A stretch of DNA of 64,000 nucleotides from Callorhinchus milii. Taxonomy: Eukaryota. Below the pieces are notes generated by a model. That model was given only the letters and a program-made list of their open reading frames with translations. It ran no database searches and was not told where the DNA came from. The stretch covers positions 71,302,001-71,366,000 of the forward strand of contig NW_024704743.1 in assembly GCF_018977255.1 (NCBI RefSeq), given 5' to 3'. This document shows positions 55,801 to 64,000 of this stretch, piece by piece. The stretch's first letter is position 1. Each line of letters starts with the position of its first letter. A program made the position numbers and the translations under genes.

Positions 55801-58109
55801 TATCAATACCTCACTCCAAAAGCCACTGAAACCCTGGTCCATGCATTTGTCACCTCTCGGCTGAACTATTCTAATGCCCTCCTCACCGGTCTCCCCGCCA
55901 CTATTCATAAAATCCAGGTCATCCAAAACTCTGCCGCCCGCATTCTTACCCGCACCAAACCCCGCTCCCCGATCACCCCAGTCCTTGCCAGACTGCACTG
56001 GTTGTCTGTCCCAGAGAGGATCGACATCAAGATCCTCACTTTTGTCTTCAAATTCCTCTACTCCTCTGCACCCCCACTACCTCTCTGATCTCCTCTCTCC
56101 TCACAACATTGCCCATTGCCTTCTCTCCACCAGGTCTGGCCTCCTCCTTGTCCCCCGAATCTCCGCTCCACCATCGGCGGCTGTGCCTTCAGCCACTACG
56201 CCCCGAGGGCTCTGGAACTTCCTTCCTCACTCCCTTTGCCTCGCCCTCTCTCTTCCTATTATCAGGTCTTGGCTGAAGACCTTTCTTTTTGACCGCGCCT
56301 TTGGTCACCTTCCTCCCCCTCCCCCCTGGCTTGGCCCTGGAATGCGTTACTGTGAAGCACTCTTGGTCGCCACCCAGCGTGGAGGGCGCTATATAAATCC
56401 AAGTTCTTGTTGTTGACCACTTTATCCTTATCCACCGCCTCTTCTCTCATCTCAACCTCCATGGCGCTGTCCTTGATTGGTTCAGATCATACCTCTCACA
56501 CCGCCTGCACTTTATCTCCTCAAATGGCTTCTTCTCTAGTCCCCGAACCATCTCATGCACCATTCCTCAGGGCTCTGTCGTTGGTCCCCTCCTCTTCAAT
56601 ATCTATATGCTCCCTCTTGGTGACATCATCCGCAGACATGGGGTCAACTTCCACATGTATGTGAATGACACCCAACTCTATCTCTCTGCCTCCACCCTGG
56701 ACTCCAGGACCACTGCTGTCCTGACAGAATGTCTGTCAGACATCAAGTCCTGGATGAGAGCTAACTTTCTTCAGTTGAATGTCAACAAGACCGAGGCTCC
56801 CCTGATTGGCTCCGTCAGCACCTTCTCACCTCAGGCGCTGACAGCATCACCATCCATGGTTGCACACTCCACTTTACTAAGCCAGTCTAGAACCTTGGGG
56901 TCTTGTTTGAGCCTCAACTATCCTTTCTACCCCCACATTCGCGCCATGACCTGCTCTGCCTTCCCTCACCTCCGCAACTTCGCTCGGCTCCGACATTGTC
57001 TCACACTGCGGGCTGCCGATATCCTCACACATGCCTTCATTACTTTGAGGCTCGACTACGCAAACTCATTGCTTGTCGGCCTCCCACCTCCTCCCTCCAC
57101 AGGCTGCAGATCATCCAGAACTCTGCAGCCTGTGTCCTCTCCCACACTAGGCTCTGTGACCCTATCAACCCTCATCCTCGCCCAACTCCACTGGCTTCCC
57201 ATCACACAGAGGGTACAGTTCAAGATCCTGGTCCTCACCTTCAAAGCCCTCCATGGTCTTGCTCCCCTCTACCTCTCCGACCTCCTAACCCCCTACCTTC
57301 CTGTTTGCTCCCTCCGCTCAGCGGGCTCTGGCCTGCTTTACGTCCCCCGCCTTGCTCCCCCCACTATCAGTGGGTGGGCCTTCCGCCACTCTGTACCCAC
57401 CCACTGGAACTCCGTCCCACAGTCCCTCTGTCTCGTCCCCTCCCTCGCCACCTTCAAGACCCACCTGAAGACCCTCCTCTTCGATCGTGCTTTCGATCTC
57501 CCTGCTTCCCCCCCTGCCCTCCCCCATCCCCCACCCCGACCCTCAGCTTGGATCCAAAACTCTGTCTGTCCAGCGCCTTGGGATGTCCTCCTGACGTGAA
57601 AGACGCTATATAAATGTAATTTTATTGTTGTTGAGTGAATTGAATCTATGATTCCTCAATACGTAGGTTTTAAAATTGGTTTTGTCCCAATTAAAACCCT
57701 TTAATTTGAAGGTTAAATTCAATTTGTGATTTAAGTGTTCTTTAAAAGCTCTAATATTTGAGTCAGTTTATTACCACAATCTTGCTGTTTGTTTTATTGT
57801 CATAGTGTGTGGACTGAAAGCCCAGGCAACTGTATTTTGCTCTACCTCCTGAAAGGCTAGGGGTTAAAATTGTTTTTGAAAGTGAGCAGATATCATAATT
57901 ACACACATCTGTTTAATATTCTGTAGTTTGTAATATTGTAATCCAGTATTTGTTTCAAGTAATTGCTGGCGCTTTTCTGTTCCATTTTTATTCCCAGGAT
58001 ACGCAAACTACCCAAAGCTCTGAAGGAATGGCAGGCTTTCAATGACTTGAAAAATAAGATTGATGATTTTAGCGAAACTTGCCCGTTACTTGAAATGATG
58101 GCAAACAAA
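1792..58109 (+). CDS. DNAH5-like: Axonemal outer-arm dynein heavy chain, gamma-HC/DNAH5-DNAH8 family; spliced, 31 exons in window, 3'-partial
   Basis: 31 GT-AG exons join in phase into 4385 nt without stops. Family motifs: [121 protein letters not shown]. Start codon uncertain: in-frame ATG at 1836 or 2438, or upstream. Confidence 0.95.
2423..2611 (+). CDS. DNAH5-like: Dynein HC exon 2
   Basis: [43 protein letters not shown] resembles the DNAH5 N-terminus. Confidence 0.9.
3130..3590 (-). mobile_element. CR1 LINE reverse-transcriptase relic
   Basis: Minus strand near 3360-3415 reads [17 protein letters not shown] (CR1 RT motif). Confidence 0.7.
3890..3964 (+). CDS. DNAH5-like: Dynein HC exon 3
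   Basis: [34 protein letters not shown]. Confidence 0.9.
4307..4390 (+). CDS. DNAH5-like: Dynein HC exon 4
   Basis: TAG..GTAAGA; 84 nt, [28 protein letters not shown]. Confidence 0.85.
4770..4841 (+). CDS. DNAH5-like: Dynein HC exon 5
   Basis: [33 protein letters not shown]. Confidence 0.9.
5798..5899 (+). CDS. DNAH5-like: Dynein HC exon 6
   Basis: [43 protein letters not shown]. Confidence 0.9.
6759..6945 (+). CDS. DNAH5-like: Dynein HC exon 7
   Basis: [45 protein letters not shown]. Confidence 0.9.
8372..8935 (+). mobile_element. tRNA-headed SINE fragment followed by a DeuSINE-core element
   Basis: A/B-box-like head at 8375-8440; Deu-domain-like GTGCTGTCCTTTGGATGAGATGTTAAACCGAG..GGATGTTAAAGATGCCAAGGCACTATTCGAA; L2-type tail near 8880-8935. 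Confidence 0.7.
9794..9959 (+). CDS. DNAH5-like: Dynein HC exon 8 (start of DHC_N1 region)
   Basis: [55 protein letters not shown]. Confidence 0.95.
10634..11338 (+). mobile_element. 5'-truncated L2 LINE
   Basis: [33 protein letters not shown]; tail GGCGCTATATAAATCCAAG(TTG)n; closely matches 55711-56415. Confidence 0.92.
11443..11757 (-). mobile_element. Full-length tRNA-Ala-derived SINE
   Basis: Reverse complement of the 13416-13739 element; A box, B box, (ATT)n tail. Confidence 0.93.
11935..12918 (-). mobile_element. 5'-truncated CR1 LINE of a second subfamily
   Basis: ORF 12283-12783: [39 protein letters not shown]; (TAAGAACA)n tail at 11935. Confidence 0.92.
13416..13739 (+). mobile_element. 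Full-length tRNA-Ala-derived SINE
   Basis: TAGCTCAGCGG A box, CTCGC-TTTGCAA-GCGAG anticodon arm (TGC), GAGTTCAATTCC B box, 3' hairpin and ATCAAATGCAAGG(ATT)n tail. Confidence 0.93.
15375..15795 (-). mobile_element. DeuSINE-type element
   Basis: Tail ATAATCTTTGCA.., core TAGTGCCATAGGATCTTTAA..CCTCGGTTTAACATCTTATCCAAAGGAC, head CTTGAAACCACAACCTTCTGA. Confidence 0.75.
16594..16687 (+). CDS. DNAH5-like: Dynein HC exon 9
   Basis: [40 protein letters not shown]. Confidence 0.93.
16817..16915 (+). CDS. DNAH5-like: Dynein HC exon 10
   Basis: [42 protein letters not shown]. Confidence 0.93.
17040..17221 (+). CDS. DNAH5-like: Dynein HC exon 11
   Basis: [58 protein letters not shown]. Confidence 0.95.
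17866..18185 (+). mobile_element. tRNA-derived SINE (older variant, 5' clipped)
   Basis: B box GGGTTTGATTCCCGGCAGGGCG, shared body and tail. Confidence 0.8.
20168..20287 (+). CDS. DNAH5-like: Dynein HC exon 12
   Basis: [48 protein letters not shown]. Confidence 0.93.
20515..21120 (-). mobile_element. Old CR1 3' fragment
   Basis: CTCAAGACTGAAGAGCCC and tail TTTGGATGAAGAAGGTCC; similar to 29660-30500. Confidence 0.6.
23476..23800 (-). mobile_element. Full-length tRNA-Ala-derived SINE, next to a CR1 3' tail (23295-23462)
   Basis: Near-identical to 11443-11757. Confidence 0.93.
24570..24822 (+). mobile_element. L2 LINE 3' end
   Basis: GGCTCTGGAACTCT..AGCGCCTTGGGACGTCCTCCCGACGTGAAAGGCGCT..(TTG)n. 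Confidence 0.8.
27120..27321 (+). CDS. DNAH5-like: Dynein HC exon 13
   Basis: [37 protein letters not shown]. Confidence 0.95.
27899..27994 (+). CDS. DNAH5-like: Dynein HC exon 14
   Basis: [41 protein letters not shown]. Confidence 0.92.
28087..28260 (+). CDS. DNAH5-like: Dynein HC exon 15
   Basis: [37 protein letters not shown]. Confidence 0.93.
29660..30500 (-). mobile_element. Old CR1 3' fragment with an L2 3'-end insert (about 29935-30075, +)
   Basis: Similar to 20515-21120; GGGTGACCAGAACTG is the reverse complement of the QFWSP motif. Confidence 0.6.
30927..31016 (+). CDS. DNAH5-like: Dynein HC exon 16
   Basis: [39 protein letters not shown]. Confidence 0.93.
31742..31897 (+). CDS. 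DNAH5-like: Dynein HC exon 17
   Basis: [52 protein letters not shown]. Confidence 0.94.
32923..33062 (+). CDS. DNAH5-like: Dynein HC exon 18
   Basis: [40 protein letters not shown]. Confidence 0.94.
35653..35976 (+). mobile_element. tRNA-derived SINE (variant subfamily)
   Basis: GTCCTGTAGCTCAGTGGTTAGAGC head, GGGTTCTATTCCC B box, same tail. Confidence 0.88.
37709..37998 (-). mobile_element. tRNA-Ala-derived SINE with a short deletion in the head
   Basis: Matches 11443-11757 but lacks about 23 nt of the tRNA part. Confidence 0.9.
40057..40208 (+). CDS. DNAH5-like: Dynein HC exon 19
   Basis: [42 protein letters not shown]. Confidence 0.93.
40284..40590 (-). mobile_element. DeuSINE-type element (decayed)
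   Basis: SINE tail plus GCACTGCATTGGAGTGTCAGC core, as in 15375-15795. Confidence 0.65.
41691..41898 (+). CDS. DNAH5-like: Dynein HC exon 20
   Basis: [48 protein letters not shown]. Confidence 0.92.
42216..42303 (+). CDS. DNAH5-like: Dynein HC exon 21
   Basis: [38 protein letters not shown]; phases fit both neighbours. Confidence 0.85.
42746..42869 (+). CDS. DNAH5-like: Dynein HC exon 22 (Cys-rich)
   Basis: [50 protein letters not shown]. Confidence 0.87.
43052..43221 (+). CDS. DNAH5-like: Dynein HC exon 23
   Basis: [46 protein letters not shown]. Confidence 0.92.
43772..43864 (+). CDS. DNAH5-like: Dynein HC exon 24
   Basis: [40 protein letters not shown]. Confidence 0.9.
43977..44180 (+). 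CDS. DNAH5-like: Dynein HC exon 25
   Basis: [44 protein letters not shown]. Confidence 0.9.
46451..46531 (+). CDS. DNAH5-like: Dynein HC exon 26
   Basis: [36 protein letters not shown]. Confidence 0.9.
47586..47990 (+). CDS. DNAH5-like: Dynein HC exon 27
   Basis: [61 protein letters not shown]. Confidence 0.95.
49396..49514 (+). CDS. DNAH5-like: Dynein HC exon 28
   Basis: [48 protein letters not shown]; an in-frame alternative acceptor lies 9 nt downstream. Confidence 0.9.
51478..51614 (+). CDS. DNAH5-like: Dynein HC exon 29
   Basis: [54 protein letters not shown]. Confidence 0.95.
52440..52918 (-). mobile_element. DeuSINE-type element with a short L2-tail insert (about 52520-52575)
   Basis: Tail, core and TTTGAACCCACAACCTTCT head collinear with 15375-15795. 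Confidence 0.65.
53121..53283 (+). CDS. DNAH5-like: Dynein HC exon 30
   Basis: [47 protein letters not shown]. Confidence 0.95.
54043..56415 (+). mobile_element. L2 LINE ORF2 relic, about 2.4 kb, frameshifted
   Basis: [67 protein letters not shown]; (TTG)n tail. Confidence 0.95.
56416..57633 (+). mobile_element. Second L2 LINE (different subfamily), directly adjacent
   Basis: [51 protein letters not shown]; 3' hairpin and tail. Confidence 0.93.
57998..58109 (+). CDS. DNAH5-like: Dynein HC exon 31 (DHC_N2 region; last exon found)
   Basis: [46 protein letters not shown]. Confidence 0.95.
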
Positions 58110-59895
58110 GTGAGTAACTACTTAATTTTTAAAAATAAAACAATGAATGTTCAATTAAAGAATGATGTTTGATTCAGCAAAAAATGAGAATGGGAGTAAA
58201 CCATAGATAGGAATGTAGAATTCTCTCTCACAATTGTTGAGGCAGAGTCCATCAATTCTTAGGTCGTGTGGGAAGTCAGCATGACAGTGTGGATTTTTTG
58301 GGTCAGCCGAGTGTCTGAGACATGCGGAAACTCATCATCATGCTTAAGAATATCCAACCCAAACTAAGAATTCCATGCATCCCATCTACACATGGAAATG
58401 CCAGAAAGAAGTTGTTGGAATGTGAAGTCTCTCCCTGGAGGGATACATCCTGCTTACCTAATTCTAGAAAGTATTAGCCACCAAGAATGGGCAATGTGGC
58501 TCATGTGCATAAAGCCACCAGTGCAGACTTATGGGCTGAATGGTCTTTTTCTGTGCTATGATTCGTTTCATTTACCTGTCTTTTATATTCCGCCACCTGC
58601 CTCCCTTAATGTTATGGCATTCACTATCCATTCATTTATCAGTGAATGTGTGCCACTTGAAGTAACTAAAAATATTTCACAGTTTCTAACCATTCCTCAT
58701 CTGTATCTATGCAGTTTCAAGTGGTGTCAGTATCCTAGAATATTCTTAACAGCAAATGTGACAGGTGATTTTCCTTCATCAACGCCTGACCTCTATTCCA
58801 AGGTGGTCATACTGAAATGAGTTATCACACTTGACTGCACGTTACAGCTGGCTGCTCAGCCATAGATAATCATTCCTTGTGCAGCAATTTGTCATCTAAT
58901 TACCTTACAAGCTTGATAAGTCAGCTTTTTGAATTCTTTCAAAAACAGTTGCACAAGAATCTTCTGTATTATCAGAAACATTTGCAATATCTTTAAATGC
59001 TTGATTGTATTTTAATTGCACTTCATAACTAATTTACTTTGAAAAGTCTTGTTTGTTTTAAAATTTGAGCACTCTGAATAGAACCCTTTTCTTACACAAA
59101 TAGTGGGATTTTTAACAAAGCACAAAAACAACTTGATTTGTTGGACAGCAAATCATAGAATTATACAGCACAGAAGGAAGCCATTTGGCCCATCATGTCT
59201 GCGCCAGCTCTTTGAAAAGAGTTATCCAATTCAGTCCCACTCTCCCACTCTCTCCCCACAACCCTGCAAACGTCTCCTCCCCAAATAATTATCTGCTCTC
59301 TTAAAAGCTGTGATCAACTAGTATCAAATAATATCCATCCTCCGGGTTGGGAATGGTGGTGGGGTGGGGGGAGATAAGTGGGGTCTCCTTAGAGATGAGT
59401 TGGTTTCAAAGTGCTTAGCAACAGAACGTTAGAATCGAGTCTATCTTCTTTGACGGTCTTAGTAATCCTTTTCCTGAGCCAGGTGAGTCCGTAGTACTCC
59501 AGAGCACTGCTGATCGCAAACCAGCCAGCCTGGTTCTTCAGCAGTACTTTGAGGGGTACACTGGTCACTATGAGCGGGTGGATTCTTCCTCCTCAGCTCC
59601 TCAGTTAACCCTGCAAGCCAAAGTCCTCATGAGTAATATAGTTCCAGCTAGACAAGCAACTGCAAACTTGCCAGACAGCTCTCAATGGCATGCTCTGCTG
59701 TTTTAGATGATTAAACTCAAACGGTACCCCAAATTGCACAGGCTATAGCCTCTTCCCAATCTGTGCCTAATACTGTGCTCTGGAATTTGGTAAGTAGGGT
59801 GCATTCCATTCCAAACATAGGGAAATTTCCATATGCATAATATAAGAACATAAGAAATGCTAGACGAAAAAAAGACCAAGGTCCATCTAGTTCGT

Positions 59896-60084
59896 CATCC
59901 ACCCTCCTGGCGGTTGCATTCACCCTCCTGGCGGTTGCATCCACCCTCCTGGCGGTTGCATCCACCCTCCTGGCGGTTGCATCCACCCTCCTGGCGGTTG
60001 CATCCACCCTCCTGGCGGTTGCATCCACCCTCCTGGCGGTTGCATCCACCCTCCTGGCGGTCGCATCCACCGTCCTGGCAGTCA
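59896..60084 (+). repeat. Minisatellite, 9 x 21 bp CATCCACCCTCCTGGCGGTTG
   Basis: Direct tandem units starting at 59896, 59917 ... 60064; no spacers. Confidence 0.97.
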
Positions 60085-60724
60085 CACTTATATGTTGATC
60101 TCCCAGTCCAGTTTGGGTACTGTTAAGCATGGTGTTGGGTTTCTGCATGTTTCAGACACCTACCTGGCTGACCAAATAAAAGTGTCACAAACAGCCATGA
60201 AGTAATTACTAATTTTATTGGGAGGATTGTTGACCAGGACAAACTCCTCTCTCTTTCCAATTAGAACCATGAGATTTTTAATGTAAACCTGAACAGACAG
60301 AAACAGGACAGTTTAACATCTTACCCAAAGGATAGCACTTCCCAGCACTGTATCGAAATGTCAAACTAGACCGTGAGTTCAAAGTCCTGACAGGTGGCTT
60401 GAATCCACTTCTGACCTTCTGGGATGTCCTTCTGACTGAATAGGTGGCAGATAAATGTAATGTTGTTTGTGAAGAGTACTATCACCTATGGCATACTGAC
60501 ACTTAACAGTAGATCACAAAACCCTGAATTTGTGAAAACTAAGGCAACAAGGTATATCTCAAAATGTACCTCTTTGATTGCGCTTTTGGTCATCTTGCTC
60601 CTCCCCACCCCCCTCGGCTCCCACAACTGCCTCAGGTGCCGATCTAGCATTGTTAAACACTTTAAGATGTTATCCTGACATGAAAGGCACAATATAAATG
60701 TAAATTGTATCATATCAATTGTAT

Positions 60725-61372
60725 CAAAAACGCATACGGCACACTAGATTTTATAAATAGGGGCATAGAAGTCAAAAGTCAGGAGGTTATGTTGAATATA
60801 TATAAAATGCTGGTTAGGCCTCAGTTGGAGTACTGCGTTCAGTTCTAGGGACCGCACTTTAGGAAAGATGTTAAGGCATTGCAGAGGGTGCAGAGGAGGT
60901 TTACCAGGATGGTACCAGGAATGAAGGACCTTAGTTATGAGGAGAGGTTAGCGAAACTAGGATTATTCTCCCTAGAGCAGAGAAGATTAAGAGGGGATTT
61001 AATAGAGGTTTTCAAGATCATGAGAGGATTTGATAGGTTGAACCGGGAAAAATTGTTTCCACTGGCATGTGGGTCAGTAACCCGAGGACACCAATTTAAG
61101 ATAGTTGTTAAAAGAAACAAAGTAGAGGTTAGGAACAATTTTTTCACCCAGCGAGTTGTTCGGATCTGGAATGCATTACCTGAAAGGGTAGTGGAAGCTG
61201 ATTCAATAACAACTTTTAAGAGAGTAGATGGGTATTTGGGGAGGACAGGATTGCAGGGCTATGGAGAGAAAGCGGGCCAGTGGGATTGAGTTGGATTGCT
61301 CTTTTAGGAGCTGGCGTAGACACGATGGGCCGAATGGCCTCTTTCTATGCTGTATAATTCTATGATTCTATG
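60725..61372 (+). mobile_element. 5'-truncated CR1 LINE
   Basis: ORF 60879-61289: [38 protein letters not shown]; tail (ATTCTATG)n. Confidence 0.93.
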
Positions 61373-61504
61373 ACATATAATTAAAAATGAAAAGACTCGG
61401 GGATGGAAAATTACCAGTTAGTGTGTCACATTTTAAGTAAAATTAGTAAGATTAAGTTATTGCCAAGTTAAGCATTGAGTATGTCTTTGCCAAGAGGGTC
61501 GGCA

Positions 61505-61937
61505 GTTTATTCCCCTGGTGTCCTGCCCAACAATTTCCCAAATAAAATTGATCATTCACTTGATGGCGGTTTGGGGACATTGCTGTGCGTAAATTGGCAG
61601 CCGTGTTTCCCACCAAATATTCAGCCACTATACTTTACAGTATATCCTGTTAAGAGCTTTGAGATGTTCACAAGTGAAAGGTCCTATATCAAATATAAGG
61701 ATTATTATTATCATAACTGTTTAATCATTTGTAACAGCAAACAACTAGATATGGTATTACTATTTAGAACTCTGACACAGAACTCTGGAATCTTAGTTTT
61801 TACGTGTAATTGGCTGCCGCGTTTCCCCCACAAAATATAATCAATTCACCTAACAGTATATTGTGTGAAGGGCTTTGAGACGTCTCTAAGACCTGATAAG
61901 GTGCTATATCAAATGCAAGGATTATTATTATTATTAT
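61505..61937 (+). mobile_element. Two tandem SINE 3' halves
   Basis: GGGACATTGCTGTGCG / TTGGCTGCCGCGTTTC bodies, each ending TATCAAAT..AAGG(ATT)n. Confidence 0.75.
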
Positions 61938-64000
61938 AATTCCCAAAAAAGAAAGATAACCTACCCCCAGGTCAGTGCTGCTTTGTATAACTCGGTGATG
62001 AAAGGTGCAGAGAAAACAGTATTATTATTCAACTTCATTTTAAGTCACTGGACGAACGCATATTTCTTGTTTGGTTCTACGGGGCTCACTGCATGGCTCA
62101 AATAATAGATATTTTGACTGACCCTGACATGCCACGGTGGCTAAATAGTAGACATTTTGTCATGTGTTAGTCAGGCCTAACTTAATCAAGTTTGTTTGTA
62201 TTTGGCTATCTTTTTCTGATTGATCGTGTCAGCGTTTCCAGTTTAAATTGTGGGACATCACGGTTAACTAAATCAGGCTCTGACAACTACTTATTATGTT
62301 ATGAAACTGAGCTGCAGCAGCAATGTGAAAAGTTTATTGATATTGCTGAATATTAAGTTAAGAATTTTACATAATTTATTCTATTAAAATGCAGGGGGTA
62401 ATATTAATAAACCTAAACTGCCATTGACTTTAGAATTGCTTCCCATCCTACCAGAACCCAGAGATCCTGAAGGAAATGTACAAAAAGTAATGCAATATTA
62501 AATATTAATTTGTAAAAAAAAGTGTAACAATTGGAATAATGATCTTGTGGTTGTACTGTGTGGTGTCACTAAGAACAGGCAGTTTAAATGAGCCCACACC
62601 TGGGTGCTCAACTTCAGTCAAGCTGCTCACCTTTAATTACACTCTGCTGTAGTAACCAAAATCTATTATTACTTAATTAATCTGGATGAGCAATCAATTC
62701 CAGTTGCATATCATTTACTGAACAGTGAGGGATTTGGGGGAACATATGGCACCCATTGACCTTATTGTGAAACTAAATTTTGAAAACTATAACAAGGAGA
62801 CAAGCTTAAAAATAGATTTAAATCAAATGTATAGCATTCCCATGTATGTTATGCATATAATTGTTTTTCGCTGTTGCAACATATTGGGGCTTTTTTTTAC
62901 ATCCTTGAAACTGAATTGAATAAATTCTCACCCACTGTAATGGGAATAGCTCAAGGAGATTTGGATTTCATCCAGACTTTAGCTGTGCATGTTGCTGCAG
63001 AAAATGTTATTAATTAAAACTGCATAACATCCAGGACATATTGCTCAACTCATTTGTTTATGGTTTGTCACTGTATTTTAACTGGAGGCTCTTTTCCCAT
63101 AATTGATTGTTTAAGAGTCAAGTTGTATAATTCTATATCAAGTCTTATATTGTTAGTGAGTCTTAAATTCCTGTTATTGCAAATGAATGAGATGGAAATA
63201 TGAAATTTCTATGACAGCTGGTGACATGGTACTCAGGTCTGTGGATTCAGACTTTTTATCCACCCTATCCTTGAGCCCCAGGAACTCCTGTGTTCTTCAA
63301 ATATCTACATGCCTTCACTCTTTTGTTTGCTCCTCTGATTCCCCACAGTGGGAAGGAAATTTTGAACAGAAGGTGCACAGATGATCCTCGGACCATTTTA
63401 TTGGTTTCACAAACTCTTGCTTTCAGTCATCCTAATAGTGAGATTTGCCTGTCCAATCATGGTGCCCCACAGGAGATATCTCCTATCTCAGTTAACAGGC
63501 TGCATCATTTATCTGAATCCAATGGGCGTCCGATTGATAGCCTGGCAATTGAGAGGGAAAGAGTACTGAAATGGCAATTAGCACGGAAAGTAATAAAGAC
63601 CTATGGCAACTTATAAATTGTCTGCCAATAGTGCACACAATAGGAAATGGATAAACGTTATTTATTGCTGCATGTCCAAAAATAATATGGATTCACTCTT
63701 CTCTGGAGAGCCTTCAGCATTTGGAGCAGTTGTTTAACCGAAATTGAAACTCAGCAAATAGTCTCGATACCTCCATGATGTTCATCTGTCTGGTTCTTTT
63801 GTGGAATTGTTTTTTGAGATTTATGAAAGAGGTGAGGAAATTGAATCCCAACAGACCTACCCGCCCCCCCACCCCCCTCCGTACATACACACACATGCGC
63901 ACACACACACACTTCCAAGTTGCTGGTAGAATATCTGAATTTAATTTAATTTTTTTACATAAACTTAGATATCTCTATTTGAGATGAATTGATTCTTGTG

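Noticed and set aside
55165..57613. Long ORFs (307, 330 and 236 aa) as host genes or an active LINE
   Set aside because: They are frameshifted, 5'-truncated L2 ORF2 relics; one has YVND in place of YADD.
59896..60084. CRISPR array or repeat-protein gene (ORFs reading DATARRV / HPPSWRL)
   Set aside because: The units are contiguous with no spacers, there are no cas genes, and the context is a eukaryotic intron. The ORFs are a by-product of a 21-nt period.
58110..64000. Next dynein exon (expected AMxxRHW..)
   Set aside because: No matching frame with splice sites was found, so it presumably lies beyond the window. This is not evidence of pseudogenisation.

Overview
This is eukaryotic, AT-rich, intron-rich vertebrate DNA. 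The repeat families (a tRNA-Ala-headed SINE ending ATCAAATGCAAGG(ATT)n, DeuSINE-core elements, L2 and CR1 LINEs) suggest a cartilaginous fish, probably a chimaera; this is an inference. The window holds the 5' third of one + strand gene for an outer-arm axonemal dynein heavy chain of the gamma-HC (DNAH5/DNAH8) family. I reconstructed 31 GT-AG exons by hand between 1792 and 58109. They join in consistent phase into one stop-free frame of 4385 nt (about 1461 codons) covering the N-terminal tail and the start of the DHC_N2/linker region; the motor domain lies beyond the window. The protein looks like a divergent DNAH5/8-like paralogue with its own intron positions and a Cys-rich insert, rather than a plain DNAH5 orthologue. 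Introns are filled with decayed, often nested retroelements. Most ORFs in the supplied track are exon read-throughs, LINE relics or SINE noise. I found no prokaryote-type system. Repeat boundaries are approximate.
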